A stretch of 64,000 nt of DNA from a virus (taxonomy: Duplodnaviria > Caudoviricetes), in the IMG/VR virus record IMGVR_UViG_3300028615_000023, positions 554-64,553 of that record; one strand, given 5' to 3'. A program made the translations under genes and the position numbers. Position 1 is the first letter of the stretch, and every line of letters starts with the position of its first letter. Below the pieces are notes generated by a model. It was given only the letters and a program-made list of their open reading frames with translations, was not told where the DNA came from and searched no databases. Below, piece by piece: positions 8,906 to 18,740 of the stretch.

Positions 8906-9035
8906 TATTAGTCTCCTTGACTTTATAAACACCAATCTTATGACTACTACATACGCCACAGAACTTAGGTTTCTTATACCACGTATGTGAGTACCTATTG
9001 TTACATTCAAAACAATAGACTAAATATGTCTTCAT
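8889..9035 (-). CDS. 48-aa zinc-ribbon microprotein
   Basis: Own translation MKTYLVYCFECNNRY...KFCGVCSSHKIGV; GGAGG RBS. Confidence 0.6.
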   Translation of the reverse strand: MKTYLVYCFECNNRYSHTWYKKPKFCGVCSSHKIGVYKVKETNNENQD

Positions 9036-9044
9036 TCAACCTCC

Positions 9045-9320
9045 TCACTTGTAAAGATCAAACTCGCGACACATACATTTACTTTCGTCTCCCATACAGC
9101 ATTCCATCCTTTTCATTCCTGATTCACGTTGATCGAACTCAGTACGACTATCACACATAACAAGTGTCTCCAGATTTATTCCCTTCTTAAGTAACTGTTT
9201 CTTAATTTCCCCGATAGCCGCATCGGCCTCAGCATCGGTTCCATACTTAATATCTACAAACACCTTATCATCTTTAGTGCTTAGTACTACTTTCGGCTTC
9301 GGCCTTGTCTTGTGCATCAT
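9045..9320 (-). CDS. hypothetical protein
   Basis: ORF track; RBS present. Confidence 0.55.
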   Translation of the reverse strand: MMHKTRPKPKVVLSTKDDKVFVDIKYGTDAEADAAIGEIKKQLLKKGINLETLVMCDSRTEFDQRESGMKRMECCMGDESKCMCREFDLYK

Positions 9321-9729
9321 GTACTCCCTTCATAGCTCTGAGTATTTCCTGCCTCTTCTTAAATTCCTCTATACGTTTCTTTGATTCATCAGCCGAAGTA
9401 TATAAGAAATTTGTTATGAGATAGGATGTTGCTCCTCCTATATAAAGATCAAAGAAAGAAATCAATGTTATGCATTGAGCAACTTGTATCAAGGCTAATT
9501 TATGTTTATCAAGAGATCCATTAATAAGTGATATTAATAAACCTATACCTACAAGAACGCTTGCAAGTAAAGTTATTATTGTCCATACAATGTAAAGTCC
9601 CATAACATTAGGCAGTGAGTTTAAAATCTCCATGCTAAATATATATAGGGCATAAGATGTACAGAAGCTTACCTGTACCATAGTTATAAAAAGGTATAAT
9701 AATACCTTAAGCAGAAACAGTATTGTCAT
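9274..9729 (-). CDS. multi-pass membrane protein
   Basis: About three hydrophobic segments followed by a charged tail. Confidence 0.6.
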   Translation of the reverse strand: MTILFLLKVLLYLFITMVQVSFCTSYALYIFSMEILNSLPNVMGLYIVWTIITLLASVLVGIGLLISLINGSLDKHKLALIQVAQCITLISFFDLYIGGATSYLITNFLYTSADESKKRIEEFKKRQEILRAMKGVHDAQDKAEAESSTKH

Positions 9730-9732
9730 TTA

Positions 9733-10323
9733 TTAAATCTCCTCTCTCAACAGTGCTTTAATCTCTGATCTAACAAACATTAACAATGACCCTAACATAT
9801 CTGCTCCAGCGAATCCCCAATACATATCATAAGGACTGTTTTCATGTAGTATTGAATCACCAGTGGCTAACAATCTCTTTTTTAAGTGAGCATTCTGTTC
9901 AAATTTACATGAGAGTCCAACATACATTATAGAAGGCTTAATAGTATTCCATTCTGATCTTATCTTTACCTCCTTACCAACTTTCTTAGCGTCACCTGGA
10001 GTATGACAATTCAATATCAATTCTCTATCCGTTTCATCTTCACACTTCATATACTGATAGTAATGTTCAACAGTACGGAAGGTAATATTATTAAACTCGA
10101 ATGGCGATACCCAAAAGTTAGATAGGAATTGAAAATGAATATTAGTGCTACCCCAAAAGAATATATGCCGCTGGCCTTTGTGATCAACCTCAAATGGTTT
10201 ATGTCTCATCTTATGATACGAATATCTATACCAAACTCGTTTACAGGGACACTTAATATTATATTTAATTACACCGCTAAGCTCATGACCACACAAACAA
10301 TTGAAAGTAATTCTCGTATCCAT
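9733..10323 (-). CDS. NADAR (YbiA-like) family protein with N-terminal zinc ribbon
   Basis: FLSNFW, TVEHYYQ..K, KFEQN..L...LLATGDSILHENSPYDMYWG; N-terminal CLCG...CPC. Confidence 0.9.
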   Translation of the reverse strand: MDTRITFNCLCGHELSGVIKYNIKCPCKRVWYRYSYHKMRHKPFEVDHKGQRHIFFWGSTNIHFQFLSNFWVSPFEFNNITFRTVEHYYQYMKCEDETDRELILNCHTPGDAKKVGKEVKIRSEWNTIKPSIMYVGLSCKFEQNAHLKKRLLATGDSILHENSPYDMYWGFAGADMLGSLLMFVRSEIKALLREEI

Positions 10324-11198
10324 TATTTACCTCGCTTTGAAACTACACTTCTGAATTGACTTCTCAGTTTATTAATCTGTTGAAGTTCTTCAGTGTACTT
10401 TTTACCAGTAACATCTTCGATGGCTTTTACTTTGCGACCCATATGCTCAAAGCTTATATCACTACTGTCAATAGTAGATTGCGATACCGCCCTTTTGCCT
10501 TCAGCAAATCGTTGAAGCTTAGTAGTTCTGAAGCCAACCTCATCCATGAACTCTTCTTTAAACGCTATCTCTATTGCCTTTTTAGCTTCTTCTGTATCAA
10601 TCAAGCCGAAGTAGTGAAGGTAACAGTTATCTCCACACGACTCTGCGAGGCTAGACAAGTTCTTAATAAGGTCAGCATATCTATTTGTTACGTAGTAGAT
10701 ACCTCCACGTTCACGAATAGTAATACCCAAAGCTTCATGCTTAATAACTCTCACTAGATAGCTTCGGATATCTTGAGCTGTAAACACGCCCATATATCTA
10801 TCGAAAGCATCTTTCAGTCTCTCGATACGAGAACCTTTGAACCTTATATACTCATTACGCTTATCATAAATAACTATCGACTCCTTATCATAGTTAACAT
10901 CTGACTCACGTTTGTTTATTTGTTCTTTCACTACAGCATAAACAACACGATCATCATTAGCATCAATTTGTCTAATAAGTCTCTTTGCTGACAAAGCTTT
11001 CAAAGCTTTTCGAAGTGCTGCCTTATGAGTAACGTTTGCCACTTCATCTTCCGGCAAATTGAATTCACATACATTCTCTATGAACTTATTACGAGGCACC
11101 TCAATGTTTGCTATGTTCCAATAAACTGTGTAGCCAATGCAAGGCAATTCCCGCGACTGTTTAGCAAGTTTCGATGCCAATGAGTTACCATATGCCAT
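10323..11198 (-). CDS. conserved protein of AAA-ATPase clusters (DUF6744/DUF3150-like)
   Basis: IGYTVYW, TAQDIR, IRERGGIYYV motifs; adjacent to the AAA ATPase. Confidence 0.5.
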   Translation of the reverse strand: MAYGNSLASKLAKQSRELPCIGYTVYWNIANIEVPRNKFIENVCEFNLPEDEVANVTHKAALRKALKALSAKRLIRQIDANDDRVVYAVVKEQINKRESDVNYDKESIVIYDKRNEYIRFKGSRIERLKDAFDRYMGVFTAQDIRSYLVRVIKHEALGITIRERGGIYYVTNRYADLIKNLSSLAESCGDNCYLHYFGLIDTEEAKKAIEIAFKEEFMDEVGFRTTKLQRFAEGKRAVSQSTIDSSDISFEHMGRKVKAIEDVTGKKYTEELQQINKLRSQFRSVVSKRGK

Positions 11199-11270
11199 TT
11201 TTATACTCCTTCATATTGTAAAAATGTACCAAAATGACGCCTAAATTTGCTTTCTAAGGCCACTTTACAC

Positions 11271-11304
11271 AAAAAAGGCCGGTTACCCTACATAGGACCG
11301 GCCT
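11271..11304 (-). terminator. rho-independent terminator
   Basis: AGGCCGGT...ACCGGCCT stem followed by a T run on the minus strand. Confidence 0.65.
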
Positions 11305-11333
11305 AGATGCGTTCTGAAAGCAATTATAGGCGT

Positions 11334-13196
11334 CTAATCTTGCTCACCACTACGTGCCCTAGGTGCTCGAAAACCCATAGGCTCGCGAGCTTTTCTCTTC
11401 TTAGCTTGCTTAATAAGTGTATCACGATCACCTTGCATGGATTCAGGAAGAGTTGAAAGATCGTTAACCTCCATCATAGCAAGCCCCGTCATGAACTTAA
11501 TATCATCGGGTTGAACAGTCGGCATAATAACATCCTGAGCAAACCGGATATTATCAACAGTCGGTGTCTTATCTCCTGATAGAATTCTAACTTTCCTAAC
11601 AATCTCCTCCATATCAGCCGGGACCCAATTGTCAGTGGAAGCAATTAGTGAATCCAAAGCTTCACGATATTTAACTTTCTTCCACAAAGAATCATCTGCT
11701 ACACCGTGCTTTTTGAAGAGTACCTTAAAAATCTCTTCTCTAGCATCGGGAGCTGGAGGTAGAATAGCGATCTTCTTATCAAACCTACCTGCACGTTTCA
11801 ACGCAGCATCCATAAGATCCGGTCTGTTAGTAGCTCCGAAAACTACAACATCACCTCTATGACTATCATCACCTAAGAATTCAAGAATCCTTCCTGATAC
11901 ACGGCTAGACGTATCTCCTCCACTTCCACCGTCATGAAATCCACCACGCCCAGGCAGAGCTTGATCAATCTCATCAATTAGCAAAATACAACCGATGCTA
12001 ACCGCAAGGTTGAAAAGCTTTTCTAGGTTTCTCTCTGAGCTTCCTAGATACATATTAAAGATGCGGCTCATTGATACGCGCAACATCAACATATTAGCTT
12101 CATATGCCAATGCCTCAGCGATCATACTCTTACCAACCCCCGGAGGGCCAGCCATAAGAATACCCATCGCACACCTAGACTTATCGTTATTAAGAAGCGG
12201 CTCAACTACATTCTCCCAAAAGATGCGCTTCATATAATTCATGCCACCAACACGCTCACCCCAGCCCATAGTAGGCTCAACGATAGACGCTACATCATTA
12301 AAGCTTTCCTTAATAATAACGTCTTTACGCTGCTTGATATACTTCCGTGTTAGTTGATTAGTAGCATGCGCATGCAATAGCAAATCTTCAGTTTGTTTGA
12401 AGTTGAGTCCAGCCGTACTGCGAGCAATATCATTCTCATCCATGTTAGCAACGAAGCTATCATTTTTTGAGTAACCTTGCTCAATCTGAAAATCCCGCCA
12501 CGTCTTAATAAAGATAGCACGGTCTTCAGTGCTAGGATAATGAACCTCCATCTTCTCAATACCGTTTTCAGGTTCTAGAAGTGCAGGATGCAACACGGTC
12601 CTATCTTGAGCAAGGAAGATAATAAGATGTTCATCTCTCCTAATATCACTATCAATTGCCCACCTAAGAATGCGAACGATATTAGCATCAATATCATTCA
12701 ATACTCCCCATCGAGGAGAGCTTAGATAAGCTTCTGAGAAATCGAAAATGAACATGCATTTAACGATTTCTTCTTCTCGTTCTGTACTAGTTTCTGTCAA
12801 CCTACCTTTTAGCAATCGCTCGACAGTGCGTAGAGCCATGCTAGGAGAGGTAGGGATAGGACCACTCGATTGCTGCTGTTGATTAGCAGCCACAGCCATT
12901 AAGTTCTGTTGTGTGTTACGACCTTCCGACGCATTAGAAACTCGAACTAGGTTAGCTGCAAGTTCCTTCATGCCTTCTTTTTGATAAGTCCATTCATGCA
13001 AATCATACTTAGCAATAAGCTTAAATCTCTTTGCATAGTACTCCATCAACATATCAGGAAACCGCATCATACACATACCGCCGCCGGTCATAGGCAACTG
13101 TTGAAAATCCTGAACATTACCAGTGAATAGAAACTCGTGTGCTACTCCAGAGTCCCTATAGATATCATTGATCTTATCAATTACAGCGTTGCTCAT
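11334..13196 (-). CDS. AAA+ ATPase, Ycf46-like (degenerate N-terminal plus active C-terminal AAA domain)
   Basis: Walker A GPPGVGKS, Walker B ILLIDEID, SRH ATNRPDLMDAALKRAGRFD; start moved to MSNAV. Confidence 0.85.
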   Translation of the reverse strand: MSNAVIDKINDIYRDSGVAHEFLFTGNVQDFQQLPMTGGGMCMMRFPDMLMEYYAKRFKLIAKYDLHEWTYQKEGMKELAANLVRVSNASEGRNTQQNLMAVAANQQQQSSGPIPTSPSMALRTVERLLKGRLTETSTEREEEIVKCMFIFDFSEAYLSSPRWGVLNDIDANIVRILRWAIDSDIRRDEHLIIFLAQDRTVLHPALLEPENGIEKMEVHYPSTEDRAIFIKTWRDFQIEQGYSKNDSFVANMDENDIARSTAGLNFKQTEDLLLHAHATNQLTRKYIKQRKDVIIKESFNDVASIVEPTMGWGERVGGMNYMKRIFWENVVEPLLNNDKSRCAMGILMAGPPGVGKSMIAEALAYEANMLMLRVSMSRIFNMYLGSSERNLEKLFNLAVSIGCILLIDEIDQALPGRGGFHDGGSGGDTSSRVSGRILEFLGDDSHRGDVVVFGATNRPDLMDAALKRAGRFDKKIAILPPAPDAREEIFKVLFKKHGVADDSLWKKVKYREALDSLIASTDNWVPADMEEIVRKVRILSGDKTPTVDNIRFAQDVIMPTVQPDDIKFMTGLAMMEVNDLSTLPESMQGDRDTLIKQAKKRKAREPMGFRAPRARSGEQD

Positions 13197-13200
13197 TTTA

Positions 13201-14148
13201 TTAAACTCTCCCTTCATAGGTTTTCTTAACTTCACCTTTTGACTTACTGCCCCTCATATGATGCGGTACAAACACCGTCACATTTGCTAGTCTGCCAAAC
13301 AACTTATTATCTCCTGTATACGTATGGTAGGATGCACGCACAGAATGTAAGTTTCTCTCCGCTCCAGACGCATAACTATCGAGCTTCATAACTCTTTGTT
13401 TCTTACCGCTACCTAGCTTAACTGCTAGTACATGATAAGCATCATCATTCGTAGTACCTAGCCGTTGTAATCTTCTACGTTCTGCTCGATTGCCTTTTAG
13501 TATAGCTTCAGATGTAGTAGTCACATTATGTATCTGACTAAGCATGTACATTGCACCGATAGCTGGCCTTGTTGCATGATTTAAGCATCCAGCCACTTCA
13601 GGAGTTAATGGTACGAAATTAATTTCATCTCCCTTCCTTACACTATTAACAGAAGAGGTTAGTCCAATAACTCCAGTCCTAGAACCTTGATCATCATCAT
13701 ACATATAAACTTTCCCACCATCGAAACTACTCATGAAAGTATTTATGTGATCATGATACGGATCGGTTATATCTCTTGGACCATCCTCCTTAGTTATGAA
13801 TGTAACTTTGTAGAGGATATTAACTACATTCGACACATACTCATTTGTCCAAACAATACAATATACATTCTTCTCCTTTGTCTCTAACTTATATCTTTCA
13901 AAAAGCTTTTCTCTTTCCTCCTCAGTTTTTGCCTTCTTAATAATATCCAATATACTACGTGGCATAATCTTCACAATTATTGGATAACACCATGCCGTTT
14001 CCCTGTATGGCAAGCGCGGATTTCTCCGCGCTTGCTCAGGATTCTCCTTCATCATTTGAATGTAAGCGTAAATGTCTGGTAAGGCTGGCTCCAAATCGAA
14101 GATAGTAAACTCAGGTTCCTTACGTAAAATGTCAACATACTGTAGCAT
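13201..14148 (-). CDS. conserved hypothetical phage protein
   Basis: C-terminal HSVRASYHTY...KLFG...FVPHHMRG motif; NRAERRR. Confidence 0.6.
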   Translation of the reverse strand: MLQYVDILRKEPEFTIFDLEPALPDIYAYIQMMKENPEQARRNPRLPYRETAWCYPIIVKIMPRSILDIIKKAKTEEEREKLFERYKLETKEKNVYCIVWTNEYVSNVVNILYKVTFITKEDGPRDITDPYHDHINTFMSSFDGGKVYMYDDDQGSRTGVIGLTSSVNSVRKGDEINFVPLTPEVAGCLNHATRPAIGAMYMLSQIHNVTTTSEAILKGNRAERRRLQRLGTTNDDAYHVLAVKLGSGKKQRVMKLDSYASGAERNLHSVRASYHTYTGDNKLFGRLANVTVFVPHHMRGSKSKGEVKKTYEGRV

Positions 14149-14158
14149 GCTGAACTCC

Positions 14159-14362
14159 TTATTTAGTAACACGCTCCTTCTCTGTAACCACTTGCTTACC
14201 AGTCCGCTTATCAGTTACTCGCTCGGAATTAGTATTAACTCCAAGAGAGCTAAGCCTATCGAGGATTCGCTGACCTAGTTCATAACAAGACGTGCCTTCG
14301 AATCCCTCGAAGTCTGCCTCTACCTTATTGTCCTTTACTGTGTACTTAACTTGTCTCGACAT
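14159..14362 (-). CDS. DUF2997-like small protein
   Basis: VEADFEGFEGTSC..L...L motif; adjacent to the DUF1257-like gene. Confidence 0.65.
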   Translation of the reverse strand: MSRQVKYTVKDNKVEADFEGFEGTSCYELGQRILDRLSSLGVNTNSERVTDKRTGKQVVTEKERVTK

Positions 14363-14378
14363 ATTATTAACTCCTTTC

Positions 14379-14774
14379 TTAGAAATCGGCTAGAACTTCA
14401 ACGCTATCTTTGAGTGACTGAATACCTCTGATAGAACCACCTTCCTCACTTACTGCCCTAGCAACACAGAGCGCAGTGTAAGTATTCTCAATTCCCTTTT
14501 CTACTCCACTCCATTCAGTATTTTGCATAAACTTATCACCCACATAGGTAGGTGGCTTGCCATTCTGAAAACGAACGCCCATAGGATAACTTAGGTTATT
14601 GCCACTAACGGCAATATCAACTCGCTCTTTGTTGCCGTAGTAGTCTCGAACCTCAGCGTTCTGAGTTACACAAGTGTAACCTTTTTCCTCACAGTAAGCT
14701 TCGACCGCGCTTGTGAAAAGCTGACGATCAACATCACCTACAAGACTCGATTGAAAAATTCCATTGTGTGACAT
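14379..14774 (-). CDS. DUF1257 / Ycf35-like protein
   Basis: MSH start, VRDYYG..ERVDIAV...YPMGV...GD...Y pattern. Confidence 0.6.
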   Translation of the reverse strand: MSHNGIFQSSLVGDVDRQLFTSAVEAYCEEKGYTCVTQNAEVRDYYGNKERVDIAVSGNNLSYPMGVRFQNGKPPTYVGDKFMQNTEWSGVEKGIENTYTALCVARAVSEEGGSIRGIQSLKDSVEVLADF

Positions 14775-14795
14775 TATTAACTTCCTTTCTTTTGG

Positions 14796-15083
14796 TTAAA
14801 CCATGACACTAAAAGAGTCACGGCTGACAATATTACGAGCTTCGCTAAGCTCGACACCTGTCTTACGTTTGAAATCCTGAGTAGTAGGAACAGGATTCAA
14901 ATTCGCTAGCCTTCTATTAAGTTCCTCCTTTGTAATTTCTCCTCTCTTAAGTTGCTGCCTATGAAACTCTACATTCTTGGAATGGTTAGTTACTAGGTTA
15001 TCATGAAACTTAATAGCACGAGTAATAGCGCCTAGCCGACGAACCTTCCTAGCTTCTCTACCTTTTCGCAAATGTCTCGACAT
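14796..15083 (-). CDS. basic hypothetical protein
   Basis: ORF track; AGGAG RBS. Confidence 0.55.
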   Translation of the reverse strand: MSRHLRKGREARKVRRLGAITRAIKFHDNLVTNHSKNVEFHRQQLKRGEITKEELNRRLANLNPVPTTQDFKRKTGVELSEARNIVSRDSFSVMV

Positions 15084-15123
15084 AATATCTCCTTTACTTA
15101 CTATTCAACTAACTCATAATCAG

Positions 15124-15531
15124 TCACGCACTTTTCCTCATCTTAGTTTCTTCCACCGATAGGCGCTCGACCTTAGGTTTAGTTTCTCCCTTTCCAATCT
15201 TAGCAAGTTTGGCCCAAAGCTTTTCACTAAGTAGTGCTTTGCTTTCTCCGATAAGTACTCTTAGCATTTTGGATCTACGCTTAGGCTCCTTCACATATTT
15301 AAGAAGCTCATTAACGTCAACCGTAGTAACGTTGTCTTGCTTCATGGATACTTTGAAGTTCTTAGCTTTGAGAACATCTCCTGTATCAAAACCTTCTTCA
15401 TCGAGTACTGTTCTCAATTCCTCGCATGCTTTCTTGTAATCCTTTTCAATTCTACTCTTAGCTTCCTTAAGAACACCAACCCCGTCGATGAGCTTTATAA
15501 GTTCTTCTCGTTTAGCATTGTTCATTATCAA
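15124..15531 (-). CDS. hypothetical coiled-coil protein
   Basis: ORF track; RBS present. Confidence 0.55.
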   Translation of the reverse strand: MIMNNAKREELIKLIDGVGVLKEAKSRIEKDYKKACEELRTVLDEEGFDTGDVLKAKNFKVSMKQDNVTTVDVNELLKYVKEPKRRSKMLRVLIGESKALLSEKLWAKLAKIGKGETKPKVERLSVEETKMRKSA

Positions 15532-15547
15532 CTCCTATCAATTAACA

Positions 15548-15581
15548 ATGGGGAGATAACCGAAGTTGGCTACCTCCCCAT
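15548..15581 (-). terminator. stem-loop / probable terminator
   Basis: GGGAGGTAGCC-AACTTC-GGTTATCTCCC followed by ATTGTT. Confidence 0.5.
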
Positions 15582-15613
15582 CTAAGTATCAAGCAATGAT
15601 TACCTCACGCTTC

Positions 15614-16534
15614 TTACTTCTTCTGAGTAACTAGGTTCTTCTCTTGCAGCGTAATCAAGGTTCGACGCGCAAGACCAAGACCGTTCCTCCAATACTTATC
15701 AACATAATGTTTAAGCTCTCCGTTTCGAGCATCCTTATTAAGAAGCTCTGCGAACTGATCAATATCAATCCCAGGATTCTTCTTAAGAACGTCAACAGCA
15801 ATGCCAAGCATACCGCGAGGAGTATAGCTCTTAGCTGCCCCCTTACTTAGTGTGAACGTACCAGCCAAGGCAGTTAGCGGCCTACCCATACGAGACGAGC
15901 CTTTAGACTCCTTACTAACTGCCTTCTTTGCAGGAGCTTTCTTAACGGCCTTTTTTGCAGCCTTCTTTTTAGGTGCTGCTGTAACAGTCTTCTTAGCTGC
16001 CTTTTTCTTAGCCGCTTTCTTCACAGTCTTCTTAGCCTTACGTTCCGGAGTTGCAGTCTCCTGCTCTTCGACTGTAGCATCAGTTACCCTTTTAGCTTTC
16101 TTAGTCTTCATCGTTTTAGTTCCTTCCTCTTCTTGTTTATTATTATCTTCTAGTTCTTCTAACAAACTTTTCTTTGTAGGCTGTTTAGCTTCAGCCTTAC
16201 CTTTACTCACTTCAGATATTAACTCGTTCTCATCTCTAGGTCCTTTCTTAAGAAGTTGTTCTCTATGTCTAAGCATCACCTCCTTTTGATCCAGCGATAA
16301 AGCTTCACTCTCAAGCGCAACAGCCCAAGCTACTAACCTATATAGAAAGCCAACATCGTTATGCTTGAGAGGAATCTTCTGACCTTTATAATGAAACCTA
16401 ATTAGGTTTCTCAATCTAATAGGCTCATATGATCGTATCTCCATCAATACTTTATTACGTCCAGCAGCATTGCCGTTTGCAAAAGCTGAGACGAGCCTAT
16501 TAAATCTTTTCTCAATTACGGCTTCGTTAGCCAT
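15614..16534 (-). CDS. protein with histone H1/Hc2-like Lys/Ala-rich segment
   Basis: KKAAKKKAAKKTVTAAPKKKAAKKAVKKAPAKK between two globular regions. Confidence 0.65.
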   Translation of the reverse strand: MANEAVIEKRFNRLVSAFANGNAAGRNKVLMEIRSYEPIRLRNLIRFHYKGQKIPLKHNDVGFLYRLVAWAVALESEALSLDQKEVMLRHREQLLKKGPRDENELISEVSKGKAEAKQPTKKSLLEELEDNNKQEEEGTKTMKTKKAKRVTDATVEEQETATPERKAKKTVKKAAKKKAAKKTVTAAPKKKAAKKAVKKAPAKKAVSKESKGSSRMGRPLTALAGTFTLSKGAAKSYTPRGMLGIAVDVLKKNPGIDIDQFAELLNKDARNGELKHYVDKYWRNGLGLARRTLITLQEKNLVTQKK

Positions 16535-16549
16535 TTACTTACTCCTGTA

Positions 16550-16578
16550 ATTATATAATGCTTTTTAGCACTTCATAA
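16550..16578 (-). promoter_or_regulatory. phage-specific promoter motif, copy 3
   Basis: TTATGAAGTGCTAAAAAGCATTATATAAT, upstream of the histone-like gene. Confidence 0.55.
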
Positions 16579-16764
16579 ATTTTCATTTATTGGGTATTGT
16601 CTAACCCTTCCACCTCTTTTACGTCTATATGCATTCCTCTTTCGTTCACGTTCTTTCAAATTACATTCATCACAAAGCTCCTTATACTTAGTACGTTCTG
16701 AACCGCATTGTCTACACCGTCCTTTAGCTATCATTTTTTTCTGCCATTCGCGCTGTCTACTCAC
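16573..16764 (-). CDS. small zinc-finger protein
   Basis: GRCRQCG...LCDEC; GTG start after GGAGG. Confidence 0.6.
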   Translation of the reverse strand: MSRQREWQKKMIAKGRCRQCGSERTKYKELCDECNLKERERKRNAYRRKRGGRVRQYPINENL

Positions 16765-16883
16765 ATTAATATAACCTCCGTTTCCCAAAGATAGAAAGAA
16801 TAAGTAACATCAACGTTCTCGTTATTAACACTGCTCATCATCTACCTCTAGTTTAATAACACAGACTTACATAAAGTCAACCG

Positions 16884-17147
16884 TTAACTAGCCACCTCGA
16901 ACAAAAGTTTTTCATAATCCTTTGGCCGATATATGTAACCCTTCTTAAGTCCGCGTTTTATAACAACAAACTTACTATTAACCTTCTCAACTTCACCCCG
17001 ATAGGCATAGCCATCTTCCCCTTCATACCAAAGCATATCGCCAGGTTCTAGGTCCTTAACAATGTCAGGACTACCGCGCTCAAATACTATAGTATTAGGT
17101 TCTCCTTTTGGACTATTGCCGTCCATTATTGCAACTAGATCACTCAT
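16884..17147 (-). CDS. hypothetical protein (SH3/KOW-like)
   Basis: LEPGD...YRGEVEKV; RBS present. Confidence 0.5.
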   Translation of the reverse strand: MSDLVAIMDGNSPKGEPNTIVFERGSPDIVKDLEPGDMLWYEGEDGYAYRGEVEKVNSKFVVIKRGLKKGYIYRPKDYEKLLFEVAS

Positions 17148-17163
17148 TATCTATATCCTCCTT

Positions 17164-17640
17164 TTATGAACTTTCTTTCTCCTGCAAATACCTAAGAACC
17201 GTTCCGGCTAAGTCTTCAATAACATCTTGATCCGCCCCAGCAAAAATCTGAGCTACAAGAAGTGCAACAGGTAATTCGAATGTAGCATTCTTAATATGGT
17301 TCGGCATGGTATCTTTCTCCTCCTCATCAACATCCTCACTATCTTCATAGTCTTCAAGTCTAACCTCTGACTTACGTTTTGGGTTGCATGTTAGCTGAAG
17401 AGCTTCCTTAACATCACTATAGATATCATCATGCATTCGCATAACATAAGCCAATGGAGTTGGTTGAGAAGCGTGATCTTCACGTTCATCCAAAACTATT
17501 CCTTGATTAGTTATGTAGTCGCCTATACTATCCATTAGTCTTTCAGACTCTCCTACTACTGCAAAAATAGTGTCAATTAGATCATCCTTAGTAAGTCTTC
17601 TCAAAGAATGAATCATTGCTGTTTTATCACTACCTTTCAT
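17164..17640 (-). CDS. acidic hypothetical protein
   Basis: ORF track; AGGAGG RBS. Confidence 0.6.
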   Translation of the reverse strand: MKGSDKTAMIHSLRRLTKDDLIDTIFAVVGESERLMDSIGDYITNQGIVLDEREDHASQPTPLAYVMRMHDDIYSDVKEALQLTCNPKRKSEVRLEDYEDSEDVDEEEKDTMPNHIKNATFELPVALLVAQIFAGADQDVIEDLAGTVLRYLQEKESS

Positions 17641-17651
17641 TTAATCCTCCT

Positions 17652-18029
17652 TCACTTATTTATATATGATGACACTTGCTGACACCTAAGACACTCAATG
17701 TCTTCTGGATGAAAAGAAGTAGAAGTCATCTCCTTAATTATATGCTCTCCACAATAAGTAACTTTATTTCCAAGCTTATGACCATGAACTACTTTGTTCT
17801 TATCAATTGTAGTACATACTGTAGTAGGTTGTGCATCTTTCAGGAATGGATAAGAAATATAGTCGGATGGTTCTGAACTGTAACGAATGATCAAAGTGCT
17901 AGGCGTACCGTCCTTATTAACATGAAGATAAATATTAGTTAGCTTATCTTCCTCTCCATGCCAACCCATCCATACACAACCACCCGCACCACATTGATGC
18001 TCATAAGGTTCAATTATTTTTTGCGACAT
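17652..18029 (-). CDS. hypothetical protein
   Basis: ORF track; AGGAGG RBS. Confidence 0.6.
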   Translation of the reverse strand: MSQKIIEPYEHQCGAGGCVWMGWHGEEDKLTNIYLHVNKDGTPSTLIIRYSSEPSDYISYPFLKDAQPTTVCTTIDKNKVVHGHKLGNKVTYCGEHIIKEMTSTSFHPEDIECLRCQQVSSYINK

Positions 18030-18052
18030 ATCATTCCTCCTTTAATTTAATA

Positions 18053-18619
18053 TCATTCGATAGGAATTTTGTTAATTTTCTGTTCCTCTTTCATCTCCTT
18101 AACTTGCTTTTCGAATGCATATTCTCTTCTCCATACGCTATGAAGATACTCTAGGACATGCTTAGTAGAGATAATATGTTCACAATCAACAGTAATTTCT
18201 TCTCCTAATTTTATCCGTTCAATAGTGTGCTCATACTCATAATTACACTTCCATTCATCGTAGTTTACAGTTGAATAAACAACATATGACTTCCTATGAT
18301 TATGATTAGAAAGATGACCATAAAAAGCCCGTACCCATTTAGGTTTCTCAACTGGTTCCGTATTAGTAAACCAAAGATAAAATCCATAACAAGTACAGAT
18401 TTTAAGAGAATCATCCTCATCCTTAATAGTCTTTACGTCATAATGGCCGTTACATTTTCCCAAACCTGAATGCTCAGAGATATAGTGACCACAGACACAT
18501 AGGTTCGGATGGATAGTTACCTTTTCCACGGGCCGATTTCTTATCTCCTCTAGAATTCTTTCATTCCTATCCTTAATAACTTTTCGCGCCACCCGAAATT
18601 GACTATTCTTAATATCCAT
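18053..18619 (-). CDS. Cys/His-rich hypothetical protein
   Basis: CVCGH...H...C...CTC and a SWIM-like WKCN...CEHI; start moved to MDIK. Confidence 0.55.
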   Translation of the reverse strand: MDIKNSQFRVARKVIKDRNERILEEIRNRPVEKVTIHPNLCVCGHYISEHSGLGKCNGHYDVKTIKDEDDSLKICTCYGFYLWFTNTEPVEKPKWVRAFYGHLSNHNHRKSYVVYSTVNYDEWKCNYEYEHTIERIKLGEEITVDCEHIISTKHVLEYLHSVWRREYAFEKQVKEMKEEQKINKIPIE

Positions 18620-18693
18620 GATCACTCCTTTTCTATGAACACTAAATGTAACCGAAAAATATGATGGCTCGCATAATATCCTCATTAAGAAGA

Positions 18694-18727
18694 AGCCGGG
18701 ATACCTCAATTAAGAAATACCCCGGCT
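18694..18727 (-). terminator. probable terminator hairpin
   Basis: AGCCGGG...CCCGGCT followed by TCTTCTT. Confidence 0.45.
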
Positions 18728-18740
18728 CATGACTAACCAA

